Positions 13,775 to 23,124 are shown, numbered from the stretch's first letter. The stretch is 64,000 nucleotides of DNA from Anaerolineae bacterium (GCA_015490995.1 WFWT01000038.1:25-64024); one strand, 5' to 3'. Translations and numbers: made by a program. Notes: a model not told the origin generated them from the letters alone.

Positions 13775-13790
13775 GTGACGTTTGTGTCAC
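13775..13790. promoter_or_regulatory. perfect inverted repeat GTGAC-N6-GTCAC in the rnc/subtilase divergent intergenic region
   Basis: The sequence is gtgac gtttgt gtcac. It sits in a comparatively AT-rich ~410-bp divergent promoter region and could be a transcription-factor site. Confidence 0.2.
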
Positions 13791-14141
13791 GCCTTGTTCC
13801 GACAGGCGTACCCCTTTGCCGGTTCACGGCCGGTCTTTCCGGTATTGTAGTGAAAGAGCAGGGGGGAGGCCAGTTCTGGCCTCCCTTGTCGTAGCTCCCC
13901 CTTCTGCGGTTCAGGGCACCTGATAGATCCATCAAATTTGGCATGTGTTCCCAAAAAGGCGCGTTTCGTCACACTTGCAAAATGCTAACGTTACGTCCAC
14001 GGTTCACTACTGCAAACAATGCCATTATTTGTCGTTTATATGCTCACCTATGGGCCATTGTCTTTTCACCCCCGGTAGGTTAGGCTGGAAGTGAAAGAAC
14101 GCGAAGACATCGCAGACCCGATAAGAAGGGGGTGGGGAGTA

Positions 14142-16370
14142 ATGAGAAGGTGGTTGTTGGTTGGGGTGCTGGTTATCAGTTTGGTGGTGGGGATAATGCC
14201 ATTAGGTGGAGGAGTGGAAGCGGTCGGCACCTTCAACGGTGAGGGGGAAGCTGTTCAGCTGGTTGTCAAGCTTAAGGAATGGTCGACGGTGCAGGTCGAG
14301 CGGCTCACTTCGCCGGCGTTGGGCGTGGATGTGCGTCCGGTGCGTCTCATTCCGCAATTGAATGTACTGGTTGTGCGGGTGCCGGCCGACCAGGTGGAGG
14401 CGGCACTACGCTACTTCCGCGGGTTGCCGGATGTGGTGTACGCGGAGGTGGACCCAATTGCCCGTGTGACTTATGTGCCTAATGATCCCTTCTACGCTAC
14501 CAATCAGTATGGGCCGCAGCTCATCGGTGTGGAACAAGCGTGGGAGATCACCCAGGGCGATCCAGACGTGCTGGTGGCGGTGGTAGACACGGGCGCGGAT
14601 TTTGACCATCCCGACCTGGCGGGAAAGCTGGTCCCCGGATGGGACTTTGTGAACAATGATGCGGACCCCTCGGATGATAATGGTCACGGCACGCATGTCG
14701 CGGGCATCATCGCGGCGGCGACGGACAACGGGGTCGGTATCGCCGGGGTAGGATTTAACACTCGGGTGCTGGTGGTAAAGGTGCTCAATGAACGGGGAAG
14801 CGGTTTTTACAGCACCATTGCTCAGGGAATTGTGTACGCGGTGGATGAGGGCGCGCGGGTGATTAACCTGAGTCTGCGGGGCACACTGCCTTCCAATGTG
14901 TTGGCCGACGCAGTGAACTACGCCGTTCGTCGGGGCGTGCTGGTGGTGGCCGCCGCGGGGAACGATGGACAAAGCGCTCCTGTGTATCCCGCGGCGTATC
15001 CTGACGTGCTGGCAGTGGCTGCCACCGATTGGAACGATGAGCGGTGGAGCCTCTCTAACTTCGGCGATTATGTAGACCTCGCTGCTCCGGGAGTGGCTAT
15101 CTTGAGCACGGACTGGACGGGCGGCGTTGGCCCGTACGCCATGCGCAGCGGTACTTCCATGGCCGCTCCTCATGTTGCCGGTGTGGCCGCCCTGATGTTG
15201 GCGGTGAACCCGGCCCTCACCGCTGAGGCGGTAACCGAACTGTTGACCTCCACCGCTCGGGATCTGGGTGCGCCGGGATGGGATCCGTACTACGGTTACG
15301 GTCGGGTGGACGCGGCGCGAGCCGTCCAGGCCGCGTGGAACGCGGCGCGGACCCAGGAGTTGGCCACGGTGGGAGACCGCGTGTGGCGGGATGACAACGC
15401 GAACGGGTTGCAGGACGCCGGAGAAGAAGGCGTGGCCGGTGTGAGGGTCACCCTTTACCGCAGTGATGGCACACCCGTTGCCACCGTGACCACGGATGCC
15501 AGCGGTGCTTACCAGTTCACAGATGTGGAAGCCGGCGAGTATTACCTGGAAGTCACCTTGCCGACCGGATATGCCTTTACCCTGGCCAATCAAGGCGCCG
15601 ATGACACCAAGGACAGCGATGTGGACCCCGCAACGGGGCGCACGCCGGTGTTCACCTTGAATCCGGGGGATGTGGTGACCGCCTGGGATGTCGGGCTGTT
15701 GCCTACCGGTCGCCTGAGTGGGCTGGTATGGCTGGACGTGAACGGTAACGGCGTGCATGATCCTGCCGAGAACATGCCGCTGGTCGAGGTGCCCGTTCAG
15801 GTGACGGGGACCACGTTGACCGGCATGGTGGTGGAACGGGTGACAACCACGGGCACGGACGGACGTTACGTTGTAGATGAGTTGCCCCCCGGCACTTACA
15901 CCGTTGAAGTTCCATACCAGTACGGCGGATACGTGGTGACTACGGCCAGGGCACAGACGATAATGCTCACCCCTACACTTTTGACCTTCGACGCAGTGAA
16001 TTTCGGTTACATCGCGCCAACGGTGGTGACGCTGCGCACCTTCAACGCGACGACAGACTCGGGTTTGGTGGTACTGCGTTGGGAAGTGGCCCTGGATAAC
16101 GGTGATGTGCCCGGTTTCTTCGTGTGGCGCTCGGGGCAGGATGGGGAGATGAGGCGCTTAACGCCTACCCCGCTCCTGCCCGAATGGGAGAACGGCCGAG
16201 TGGCCAGGTACCGGTTTGTCGACACAACGGTGCAGCCAGGAGAAACGTACACGTACCGTCTGGACACCGTGGATGGTCAGACCTTTGGGCCATGGCAGGT
16301 GACCTTACCTCTGACGGTGAATCATTCGCCGACGTTACGTGTGTTCCTGCCTCTGATGAGCGGTCGGTAA
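14142..16370 (+). CDS. S8 family serine peptidase (subtilase) with I9 propeptide, two SdrD-B-like domains and a C-terminal domain
   Basis: It has a signal/TM segment (MRRWLLVGVLVISLVVG), an I9-like propeptide, the catalytic motifs VAVVDTGAD (D), HGTHVAG (H) and GTSMAAPHVAG (S), and two SdrD-B/Cna-B-like repeats (VWRDDNANG ... ; VWLDVNGNG ...). The track ORF starts at the GTG at 14091. The ATG at ~14142 has a strong GGGGTGGGGAG RBS. Confidence 0.9.
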   Translation: MRRWLLVGVLVISLVVGIMPLGGGVEAVGTFNGEGEAVQLVVKLKEWSTVQVERLTSPALGVDVRPVRLIPQLNVLVVRVPADQVEAALRYFRGLPDVVYAEVDPIARVTYVPNDPFYATNQYGPQLIGVEQAWEITQGDPDVLVAVVDTGADFDHPDLAGKLVPGWDFVNNDADPSDDNGHGTHVAGIIAAATDNGVGIAGVGFNTRVLVVKVLNERGSGFYSTIAQGIVYAVDEGARVINLSLRGTLPSNVLADAVNYAVRRGVLVVAAAGNDGQSAPVYPAAYPDVLAVAATDWNDERWSLSNFGDYVDLAAPGVAILSTDWTGGVGPYAMRSGTSMAAPHVAGVAALMLAVNPALTAEAVTELLTSTARDLGAPGWDPYYGYGRVDAARAVQAAWNAARTQELATVGDRVWRDDNANGLQDAGEEGVAGVRVTLYRSDGTPVATVTTDASGAYQFTDVEAGEYYLEVTLPTGYAFTLANQGADDTKDSDVDPATGRTPVFTLNPGDVVTAWDVGLLPTGRLSGLVWLDVNGNGVHDPAENMPLVEVPVQVTGTTLTGMVVERVTTTGTDGRYVVDELPPGTYTVEVPYQYGGYVVTTARAQTIMLTPTLLTFDAVNFGYIAPTVVTLRTFNATTDSGLVVLRWEVALDNGDVPGFFVWRSGQDGEMRRLTPTPLLPEWENGRVARYRFVDTTVQPGETYTYRLDTVDGQTFGPWQVTLPLTVNHSPTLRVFLPLMSGR

Positions 16371-16412
16371 AGCGGGCATGCCCTTACACGGTGATAAGGG
16401 AAGCTGATAACG

Positions 16413-16458
16413 GACAACGTCGGACACAATGAACTGTGTCCGACGTTGTCGTGTTTTA
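16413..16458. terminator. bidirectional intrinsic terminator between convergent subtilase and cNMP-binding genes
   Basis: A perfect 16-bp stem (gacaacgtcggacaca / tgtgtccgacgttgtc) with a 6-nt loop is followed by gtgtttta. Confidence 0.6.
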
Positions 16459-16483
16459 GACGGATGGCCGTAAGTCGGTTTTT

Positions 16484-17662
16484 TTATTGGGGAGTAGGGG
16501 TGGGTGTGGGTGCCGGCGTGTATGTTGGTGTCGGGTAAGCCAGCTCCAGCTCGGTGGCCAGGGACACGCCTGCGGGGCTGTTGCCCACTATCGTCCTGCC
16601 CCATTCGCCCAGGTTCACCTGGCTGTACATTTGACTTTGTTGCATGGTGCGCCACGCGGTCCACGGCACGGCCACGCCGACCAGCCAGAGGACCAGCACG
16701 GCCAAAAGGGCCAGGCGGCGCCGGGTACCTCGGTCGAGCCGTCGGAGCCAGCCAAACCATTCACGGCGTTCCCGCTGCGGGATCTGACGGGCCAGTGCCG
16801 GTACCTGGAACTGGGACGTGGTAGCCGGGCCTACAGGGCGTTCGCTTACCAAGCGGGCAGCAGTCAAGCGGGCTATGTTCATGCCCAGGCGAGGGTGTCG
16901 GGAAACGAGGTTATCCAGTTCGATAGCTGGCAGGAGCCAGCAAGTCGTGGGTTCAACGGCCACGGCCGCAGTGAGGCGGTTTTCTCCGGCCAAGGCTTCC
17001 TCTTCGCCGAAGAACTCCAGGGCACGGGCCCTGTACAGCTCGACGGCGGTGCCGCTTTCCAGCCGGCGTATGCTGACCTCCCCTTCCCCCACGATGAAGA
17101 GAGCGGTGGCCGGCTCGCCTGGCTCGTAAATGACCGCGTTGGCGTCATATTGTACCACCTGGAGGTGCTGGAGAATGTCTGCCAGGTCGCTTTCCGCGAG
17201 CCCTTCAAACAGGGGCACCTGGCTCAGGGTGCTCAAAGAGGGGGGCGTCGCTTGCGGACGGGCCCGTCGGATCAAGGCCCGGGTGATTGCCATTGCCACG
17301 GCCGGACGCTCGTTCATTACCGCTTCCAGGGCTTCCCGCCGCAGTTCCCACAGCGAGACTTCGGTTAGCGCGCGGGCCGTCACGCCGTACGGGCGCTGTG
17401 CCAGAAGGCTCAACTCCCCGGTGAAGGATCCGGGGCGCAGCACGGCCAGGGACACGCCGCGCGCGTCCACGATCTCCACCTCGCCGGCATGGACAACGTA
17501 AAGAGCGTTCGCGGTGTCCTCAGCTTGAAACAACAGCGTCCCGGCCGTTGCGGTCTTCAACGTCATGCGCTGGGCAAGGGCTCGCAGGTCCTCCTCGCTT
17601 AGATCGCTGAGGAAGGGAATGTTACGCAAGTACGCTATAAGGGTTTCCGGTGTCTCGTTCAC
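16484..17662 (-). CDS. membrane-anchored protein with two tandem cyclic-nucleotide-binding (CAP-family) domains and a PT-repeat tail
   Basis: There are two cNMP-binding domains (FQAEDTANALYVVHAGEVEI ... GELSLL and IYEPGEPATALFIVGEGEVSI ... FGEEEAL), then one TM helix (LALLAVLVLWLVGVAVPW), then a ~65-aa tail ending PTPTYTPAPTPTPTPQ. Confidence 0.8.
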   Translation of the reverse strand: MNETPETLIAYLRNIPFLSDLSEEDLRALAQRMTLKTATAGTLLFQAEDTANALYVVHAGEVEIVDARGVSLAVLRPGSFTGELSLLAQRPYGVTARALTEVSLWELRREALEAVMNERPAVAMAITRALIRRARPQATPPSLSTLSQVPLFEGLAESDLADILQHLQVVQYDANAVIYEPGEPATALFIVGEGEVSIRRLESGTAVELYRARALEFFGEEEALAGENRLTAAVAVEPTTCWLLPAIELDNLVSRHPRLGMNIARLTAARLVSERPVGPATTSQFQVPALARQIPQRERREWFGWLRRLDRGTRRRLALLAVLVLWLVGVAVPWTAWRTMQQSQMYSQVNLGEWGRTIVGNSPAGVSLATELELAYPTPTYTPAPTPTPTPQ

Positions 17663-17752
17663 GGGTGTGCCTCCCAGTTTGCTCGGTCCCCGACGTTAGA
17701 TGACCGGCCCTCATCTTAATCAATCCTCACGGGGTGTCAAGCGAGCACGGGA

Positions 17753-20437
17753 TCACCGCGGCAGGCGGCGGGTGTGTCGAGATGAGGTGATGGCCGGTGT
17801 GAGCTTTTCCTCCTGCAGAAGGCGTTCCAGGTAGGCCTTTTCTTCGTCCGGAGAGTGAATGTCCCCATCCAGCCAGGCATCCCGCAGTCGGCGTAAAATG
17901 CGGCCGTAGAGGGGGCCAGGCTTCAGGCCCACCACTTCCCGCAGGTAGGTGCCGTCAATGGTGGGTTTCACGTGCCGCCACCGTTGCATGTACGCGGTGT
18001 ATCGTTCCCAGATTCGTGTGTCATCTTCAGCCACTGCTACCACCCAGAAGGCGGCGGGATGTCGTTTGTCCATGAGCCGCACGACCTGGCTGGGTCGCGT
18101 GGTCGGCGCGCGGAGGAGCTCCCGATGTTCACGGAGGGCGTGGGTGTCCTCCAGCACGCGTCGGGTTTCACGGTTGAATTGTAACCGTTCACTTACCGCG
18201 CGCAGGTCGGACGAAGGGAGGTCGTACAGCCAGAGGGCCCAGTACAGTATGGGCACGTCGGTCGAGGGTGGATATCGATCGCGGGCTTCTCGCAGCCGAC
18301 GGAAGCGTGTGGCCACCTGCTCCGAATATGTCAGCGCGGGGTGAATGTAAGGCAGAACGCCCAGATCGTGTAGGCGCTGTAAGGCACGTTCCGGTTCGGC
18401 CTCCTGAAAGATCAGGAACAGTTCGTGGGCAATGCGAGGACCGGAGACGCGTGCCAGCAGGTCACGGGCGTCCGCGATCAGCTCTTCAGTGCGGGGTTCG
18501 ATGCGAAAGCCGAACCGCTGCTCAAAACGTACGGCCCGGAGGATACGCGTGGGGTCTTCCACGAAGGAAAGGGAGTGGAGCACTCTAATGAGACCTCGTT
18601 GTAGGTCCTCCAGGCCTCCGTAGAAGTCCAGCAGCTCCCCCCAGTGATCGCCGTCGAGGCGAATGGCCAGCGTGTTGATTGTAAAGTCCCGTCGGTGAAG
18701 ATCCTGTTTGATAGAGCTCCGTTCAACGGTGGGAAGCGCGGTGGGGTGCTCGTAAAACTCCGTTCGGGCCGTGACCAGGTCAAGGCTAGTGGGCAGTCCC
18801 TCCCCCTGGACGATGACGTCCTCCGTGGGGAGGATCCACTTGGCGGTGCCGAAGCGACGGTGAGAGCGGACACGGCCGCCGTACTTGCGGGCCAAGTGTT
18901 GGGCCAGCGCGATGGCATCCCCTTCGACGACCAGGTCTACATCCCAGTTGCGAACACCGAGCAGCAGATCGCGCACGAACCCACCGACTGCGTAAAGGGG
19001 CATGCCCAGTGTTGCCGCTTCTTGGCTTACCAGCCGTAGTAAGGTGAGCAAGGCAGGGGGCAATGCGGCTTCCAGCCGTTGGGCGATCTCCGCGCGACGA
19101 TCCACGTCGGAGGGGTGCCCCCACAGCTTAATCAGGTCCGTACGGGTGACAATGCCGATAATCCGGCCCTGGGCGTCCACTACCGGAATCTGGCCCCATC
19201 CGCTGCGCATCATGATTTCCTGCACCCGTTCTACCGAGTCCTCAGGCCGTACTGTGTATTCTCCCACGTGCATGATGCGGTGTACGGGCGCATCACCCAG
19301 CCCGTGATGGAGGGCTCGGTCTACCTGGCGGCGGGTGACCAGTCCGAGTAATCGGCCGGTTTGGGGATCCACCACAGGATATCCTTCAAAGCCGAAACGA
19401 CGCATGTCCGCGTCGACGTCACGGGCGGGCATGTCGGGTGGGACGGTGCGCACGCTGTGAGACATGATGTCCGCCACCCTCAGGGGAGGACGGGTGTGTT
19501 GTTTGAGCAGGCGAACGACGTGTTCTTTTAGCGTGGTGAGGTCTCCCTCGTGGATAAGGGCGGCTGCCGCGCGCGGGTGCCCACCGCCACCTAGGGCTGA
19601 GGCGATGGCGGCCACGTCGATGGCATCCGTTTGACTGCGGGCGATGAGTTGCACCCGGTGATCCTGTCCGATGAGCAGCACCAGGGCCGAGGGGTCGTAC
19701 ACTTCCTGAAGCTTGTGGGCCAGGGTGGACAGTTCGTCCACCATGTCCGGGGCGGCTACCGCAGCGATGACCACCGTGTGACCGTGAATGTCCAGCACCT
19801 CGGCCGCTGTCAGGAGGCGGCGGAAGAGAGCTTGCTGCTCCTCGCTCAAGGGGTGGTGGAGAAATCGTTCCACAACGTCAAGACTGGCCCCCCGTTCCAG
19901 CAACCAGGCAGCCGCGCGCAGGTCCCGGGGTGTGGTTCGGGAGTAGAGAAGGGATCCGGTGTCCTCGTAAATGCCCAGCATCAGCAAGGTGGCTTCGATA
20001 GGGGTGAGGGGCAGATGACGTTGGGCCAGCTGTTCTACCAGCCAAGTCGTGGTAGCACCCAGCGGTTCTCCCATGAACGTCCAGTGCGCGGGCAGGTCAG
20101 CTCGCGGGGGGTGGTGATCAATGACCAGTACGGGCGTGGTAGGGGTAACTCCCCGGGGAGGTTGAAATGATTGGCTATCCACCACAATCACCCGCTGGAC
20201 GCGCGTGCGGGTCCATTCCTCGGGGCGCACAAACGGCAGCGCGTCCCGGTACAGGCGGAGGAACCCCTGTACATTGCGGTTCAGGTGGCGGGGAAGTATA
20301 GGGATAGCGGCTGGGTACAGCTTTTGGGCGGCCAGCATACTGGCCACGGCATCGAAGTCCGCGTGTTCGTGGGTGACGATGATCTCGCAAGAGGACGCCG
20401 ACGCACGGTCGCGGGTATCGGGTGTGACTTGGGCCAA
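17753..20437 (-). CDS. cca: CCA-adding tRNA nucleotidyltransferase with N-terminal DHH-DHHA1 phosphoesterase and tandem CBS domains
   Basis: It has a DHH domain (VTHEHADFDAV ... VIDHH), a DHHA1 domain (GGGHPRAAAA) and a CBS pair. These are followed by a pol-beta nucleotidyltransferase head (AVGGFVRDLLLG ... DVDLVVEGD) and a tRNA-NT RNA-binding C-terminal region. Confidence 0.9.
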   Translation of the reverse strand: MAQVTPDTRDRASASSCEIIVTHEHADFDAVASMLAAQKLYPAAIPILPRHLNRNVQGFLRLYRDALPFVRPEEWTRTRVQRVIVVDSQSFQPPRGVTPTTPVLVIDHHPPRADLPAHWTFMGEPLGATTTWLVEQLAQRHLPLTPIEATLLMLGIYEDTGSLLYSRTTPRDLRAAAWLLERGASLDVVERFLHHPLSEEQQALFRRLLTAAEVLDIHGHTVVIAAVAAPDMVDELSTLAHKLQEVYDPSALVLLIGQDHRVQLIARSQTDAIDVAAIASALGGGGHPRAAAALIHEGDLTTLKEHVVRLLKQHTRPPLRVADIMSHSVRTVPPDMPARDVDADMRRFGFEGYPVVDPQTGRLLGLVTRRQVDRALHHGLGDAPVHRIMHVGEYTVRPEDSVERVQEIMMRSGWGQIPVVDAQGRIIGIVTRTDLIKLWGHPSDVDRRAEIAQRLEAALPPALLTLLRLVSQEAATLGMPLYAVGGFVRDLLLGVRNWDVDLVVEGDAIALAQHLARKYGGRVRSHRRFGTAKWILPTEDVIVQGEGLPTSLDLVTARTEFYEHPTALPTVERSSIKQDLHRRDFTINTLAIRLDGDHWGELLDFYGGLEDLQRGLIRVLHSLSFVEDPTRILRAVRFEQRFGFRIEPRTEELIADARDLLARVSGPRIAHELFLIFQEAEPERALQRLHDLGVLPYIHPALTYSEQVATRFRRLREARDRYPPSTDVPILYWALWLYDLPSSDLRAVSERLQFNRETRRVLEDTHALREHRELLRAPTTRPSQVVRLMDKRHPAAFWVVAVAEDDTRIWERYTAYMQRWRHVKPTIDGTYLREVVGLKPGPLYGRILRRLRDAWLDGDIHSPDEEKAYLERLLQEEKLTPAITSSRHTRRLPR

Positions 20438-20723
20438 CGGTTTACCTCCCCGACAGCAACGTGCCTGACATGACCACGCACATTTCGTCTGCCATTTTGA
20501 CTCAGGTTGGCATATCGGGCAAACAGCTGGCGTTTCTGCACAGGGGCCGCCCTTACGTCTGGAGACAGCAGGGGGGACGTGGGGGGGATTTAAGCAAGGA
20601 CGATGGACGATGGAGGCCTTCCGTCCCTATGCCGGATCACATACCCGGTGAAATCATGCAGGCAGGTGCCGGGAGGTGTGTGAAGTATAATGGCCTATAG
20701 GAAAGGGCGATAGACGATGGACG

Positions 20724-21752
20724 GTGGAGAGCCTGACGAGACGCCTGACAGAAGGGCAGGGGACACGTATGCGGGTGGAACGGCGGACGTTGGCTACGGC
20801 TGAAGGTCACATTCTGGTACATAATGTAGTGGACGCGACGGGGCGGCGAGTGGTGCGCAAAGGCACACGGTTAGACCGGCAGACGCTCCGGAAGCTGGCC
20901 GCGCTGGGCATGACTGAGGTGATGGTTGCGGTACTGGATGCCGACGACGTCCATGAGGACGAAGCAGCACGGGTCCTCGCGGAAGCGTTGTTGACTCCAG
21001 AACTGTTCATTACCTGGGGGGTTGGGGGGCGGGCTAACTTGCACAGTGAGGTGTTAGGCGTGGTCTACGTTGACGGTGCCAGGGTACGTGATCTGAATCT
21101 CTTGCCCGGCATCACATTGGCCACTGTGCCCCCGTATACCGTGGTGCGTCCTGAAGAGCATCGAGGCCTGGTGGCGACGCTGAAGATCATCCCCTTTGCC
21201 GTGCCCCGTCGGCGGGTGGAAGCAGCCAGGGACATTATCTCCGCATCTTCAAGCGTGATCCAGGTTCGGCCCCTTCGTGCCGCCCGGGTGGCGTTGTTGC
21301 TTACCGGACATCCGTCTGCGTTGCCTCGGCTACGGGCACAGTTTGAACCCCCTACCCGTCGGCGATTGGAACGCTTGGGCAGTGTGCTGGCAACGGTCTT
21401 GGAGGTCGAACAACAGGAAGAGATCATCGCCCGGCATGTGGATCGTCTCCTGCGGGATCACGAGCTTCTTATTATCAGCGGACAAACATCGGTCATGGAC
21501 CAGGAGGACCTGACGTTGCGGGCGTTGCGGCGGGTGGGGGCGGAGGTGACCGTTCACGGCGCGCCGGTGGATCCGGGCAATTTGCTGGCTCTGGCGTACC
21601 GGGATGAACGGGCCATCCTGTGTGCGCCTGGATGTGCGCGCAGCCCGGCACGCAATGTGGTCGATCTCGTGCTGCCCCGATTGCTGGTAGGGGAACGGCT
21701 GACCCAAGTGTCTCTGGCCGAGTTAGGCGTGGGAGGGTTGTTGCACCGCTGA
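20724..21752 (+). CDS. MoCF-biosynthesis (MoaB/MogA/CinA-like molybdopterin-binding) domain protein
   Basis: The C-terminal part resembles a MoCF_biosynth domain (LLIISGQTSVMDQEDLT ... ILCAPG). The track ORF uses the GTG at 20724, and an internal ATG (MRVERR, ~20769) is an alternative start. The N-terminal domain is unassigned. Confidence 0.55.
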   Translation: MESLTRRLTEGQGTRMRVERRTLATAEGHILVHNVVDATGRRVVRKGTRLDRQTLRKLAALGMTEVMVAVLDADDVHEDEAARVLAEALLTPELFITWGVGGRANLHSEVLGVVYVDGARVRDLNLLPGITLATVPPYTVVRPEEHRGLVATLKIIPFAVPRRRVEAARDIISASSSVIQVRPLRAARVALLLTGHPSALPRLRAQFEPPTRRRLERLGSVLATVLEVEQQEEIIARHVDRLLRDHELLIISGQTSVMDQEDLTLRALRRVGAEVTVHGAPVDPGNLLALAYRDERAILCAPGCARSPARNVVDLVLPRLLVGERLTQVSLAELGVGGLLHR

Positions 21753-21777
21753 GATAGGCCGGTGCAGACGGTGGCCG

Positions 21778-23085
21778 TCAGGTTGCGGTTGAGGGATCTT
21801 CGGTAGGAAGCGTGGCTAAAGCGCGTTCACTGACCCTGCGGATAAGGCTGCGTGGGTAGCCGAGGGCAGCGGAGTGTGGGTCATGCGCTGCGTGACGTAA
21901 GGCCTGCTGGTACATGCGACGGGCGCGCATGGGGTCGCCTAATCGTCGCCAGATGTTGCCCAATTCCAGGTACGCCGCGGCCAGGGTGGGTTCCAGGTAG
22001 AGGGCGCGTTCATACGCTTGCCGGGCTTGAGCCCACGCCTCGCGCAGTTGGTGGATCCGACCCAGCCAGAAATAGGCCCGGAAGTCAAGGGGATGCCGGT
22101 TCAGCCACCGGATGAGATGGGCTTCGGCTTCGTCCAGATGGCCTGTCTGAAACGCGTGGAGGGCACGCTCGATGTCCGGCGTGGAGGAGCGCTGTGCCGA
22201 GGAGGACGAGGGTGATGGCCTAGATGGCATCGACCGACGTCGAGAGGGGGGCGTTCGGGTCGGGAGGTGGGGACGGTAAATGATAACGGCATCAACCCGT
22301 TCAGGGGTGAAGATTTCCCTGGCTAGGTAACCCACCACTTCATCGACGTAGAGCACCCCATCCGGCGGCAGGACACGGTGTAACTGTCGGAGGATGGCAC
22401 GGCCGACGCGCTCGGGAAAGTACATGAGGACGTTTGTACACATGACCACGTCCGGTGACACGGGCGGGGGGATACCCCGTGTTAAGTCCAGGAGGTTGTA
22501 CAGGACGAAACGGACCAGCGCGCGCACGGCAGGTGTGGGTTCGACGCGGCCGTCTGGATGGTGGACCAGGTATCGCTCCTTCCAGCGGCGGGGGAGTTGG
22601 CGTGCGGCCCGTGCGTCGTACAGGCCTTGCCGGGCGCGGGCAAGGGCCTCCTGGTTGATGTCGCTGCCCACCACGGTGACGGGACGTTCTGCGGGTACGT
22701 GACTTTCCAGCGCGGCCATGGCCAGCGTGTAGGCTTCCTCACCCGTGGCGGTGGCGGTACTCCACAGCTGGATCGGACGATCTGCGGGACGGGTAGCGTG
22801 CAATTGGGGCAAGAGGTGCCGGCTCAGAGCCTGGTAAAAGGCCGGATGACGGTAAAACCACGTTTCGGTGACGGTTACAAGGTCTGTAAGACGTTGCCAT
22901 TCGGAAGGGTCTTGTTCCAGAAGTTCCCAGTACTCGGCATAGGAAGATACCCCGCGTGCCTGCATGCGTCGTTGGAGGGCAAAGTGCAGACGTTGCCTCT
23001 GGTGTTCCCGGTGTTCGATGCCGGTACGTCGAGCGAGGGCCTCCGCGAAGCGTTGTAACCACTCTTTTTCCGCACCTGTGCTCAT
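21778..23085 (-). CDS. cheR: chemotaxis protein methyltransferase CheR with C-terminal TPR repeats (FrzF-like)
   Basis: The CheR SAM-binding domain (ETWFYRHPAFY ... IWSTATATGEEAYTLAM ... VMCTNVLMYF) is followed by a Pro/Ser-rich linker and TPR repeats. Confidence 0.9.
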   Translation of the reverse strand: MSTGAEKEWLQRFAEALARRTGIEHREHQRQRLHFALQRRMQARGVSSYAEYWELLEQDPSEWQRLTDLVTVTETWFYRHPAFYQALSRHLLPQLHATRPADRPIQLWSTATATGEEAYTLAMAALESHVPAERPVTVVGSDINQEALARARQGLYDARAARQLPRRWKERYLVHHPDGRVEPTPAVRALVRFVLYNLLDLTRGIPPPVSPDVVMCTNVLMYFPERVGRAILRQLHRVLPPDGVLYVDEVVGYLAREIFTPERVDAVIIYRPHLPTRTPPSRRRSMPSRPSPSSSSAQRSSTPDIERALHAFQTGHLDEAEAHLIRWLNRHPLDFRAYFWLGRIHQLREAWAQARQAYERALYLEPTLAAAYLELGNIWRRLGDPMRARRMYQQALRHAAHDPHSAALGYPRSLIRRVSERALATLPTEDPSTAT

Positions 23086-23124
23086 GGTGTATCTCCTTAT
23101 CGGGTGCGCCTGTCAGGGCCTCCG

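Noticed and set aside
13850-13892. 8-bp GC hairpin (gggaggcc agttct ggcctccc) upstream of the subtilase gene as a terminator for rnc
   Set aside because: It lies upstream, not downstream, of rnc on the minus strand and has no U-tract. It is kept only as a possible regulatory structure within the divergent promoter region.
14406-15758. 450-aa minus-strand ORF inside the subtilase gene
   Set aside because: It is a shadow ORF of a high-GC gene. The opposite strand has clear S8 catalytic motifs, and this ORF has no RBS and a low-complexity Arg/Gly/His-rich translation.
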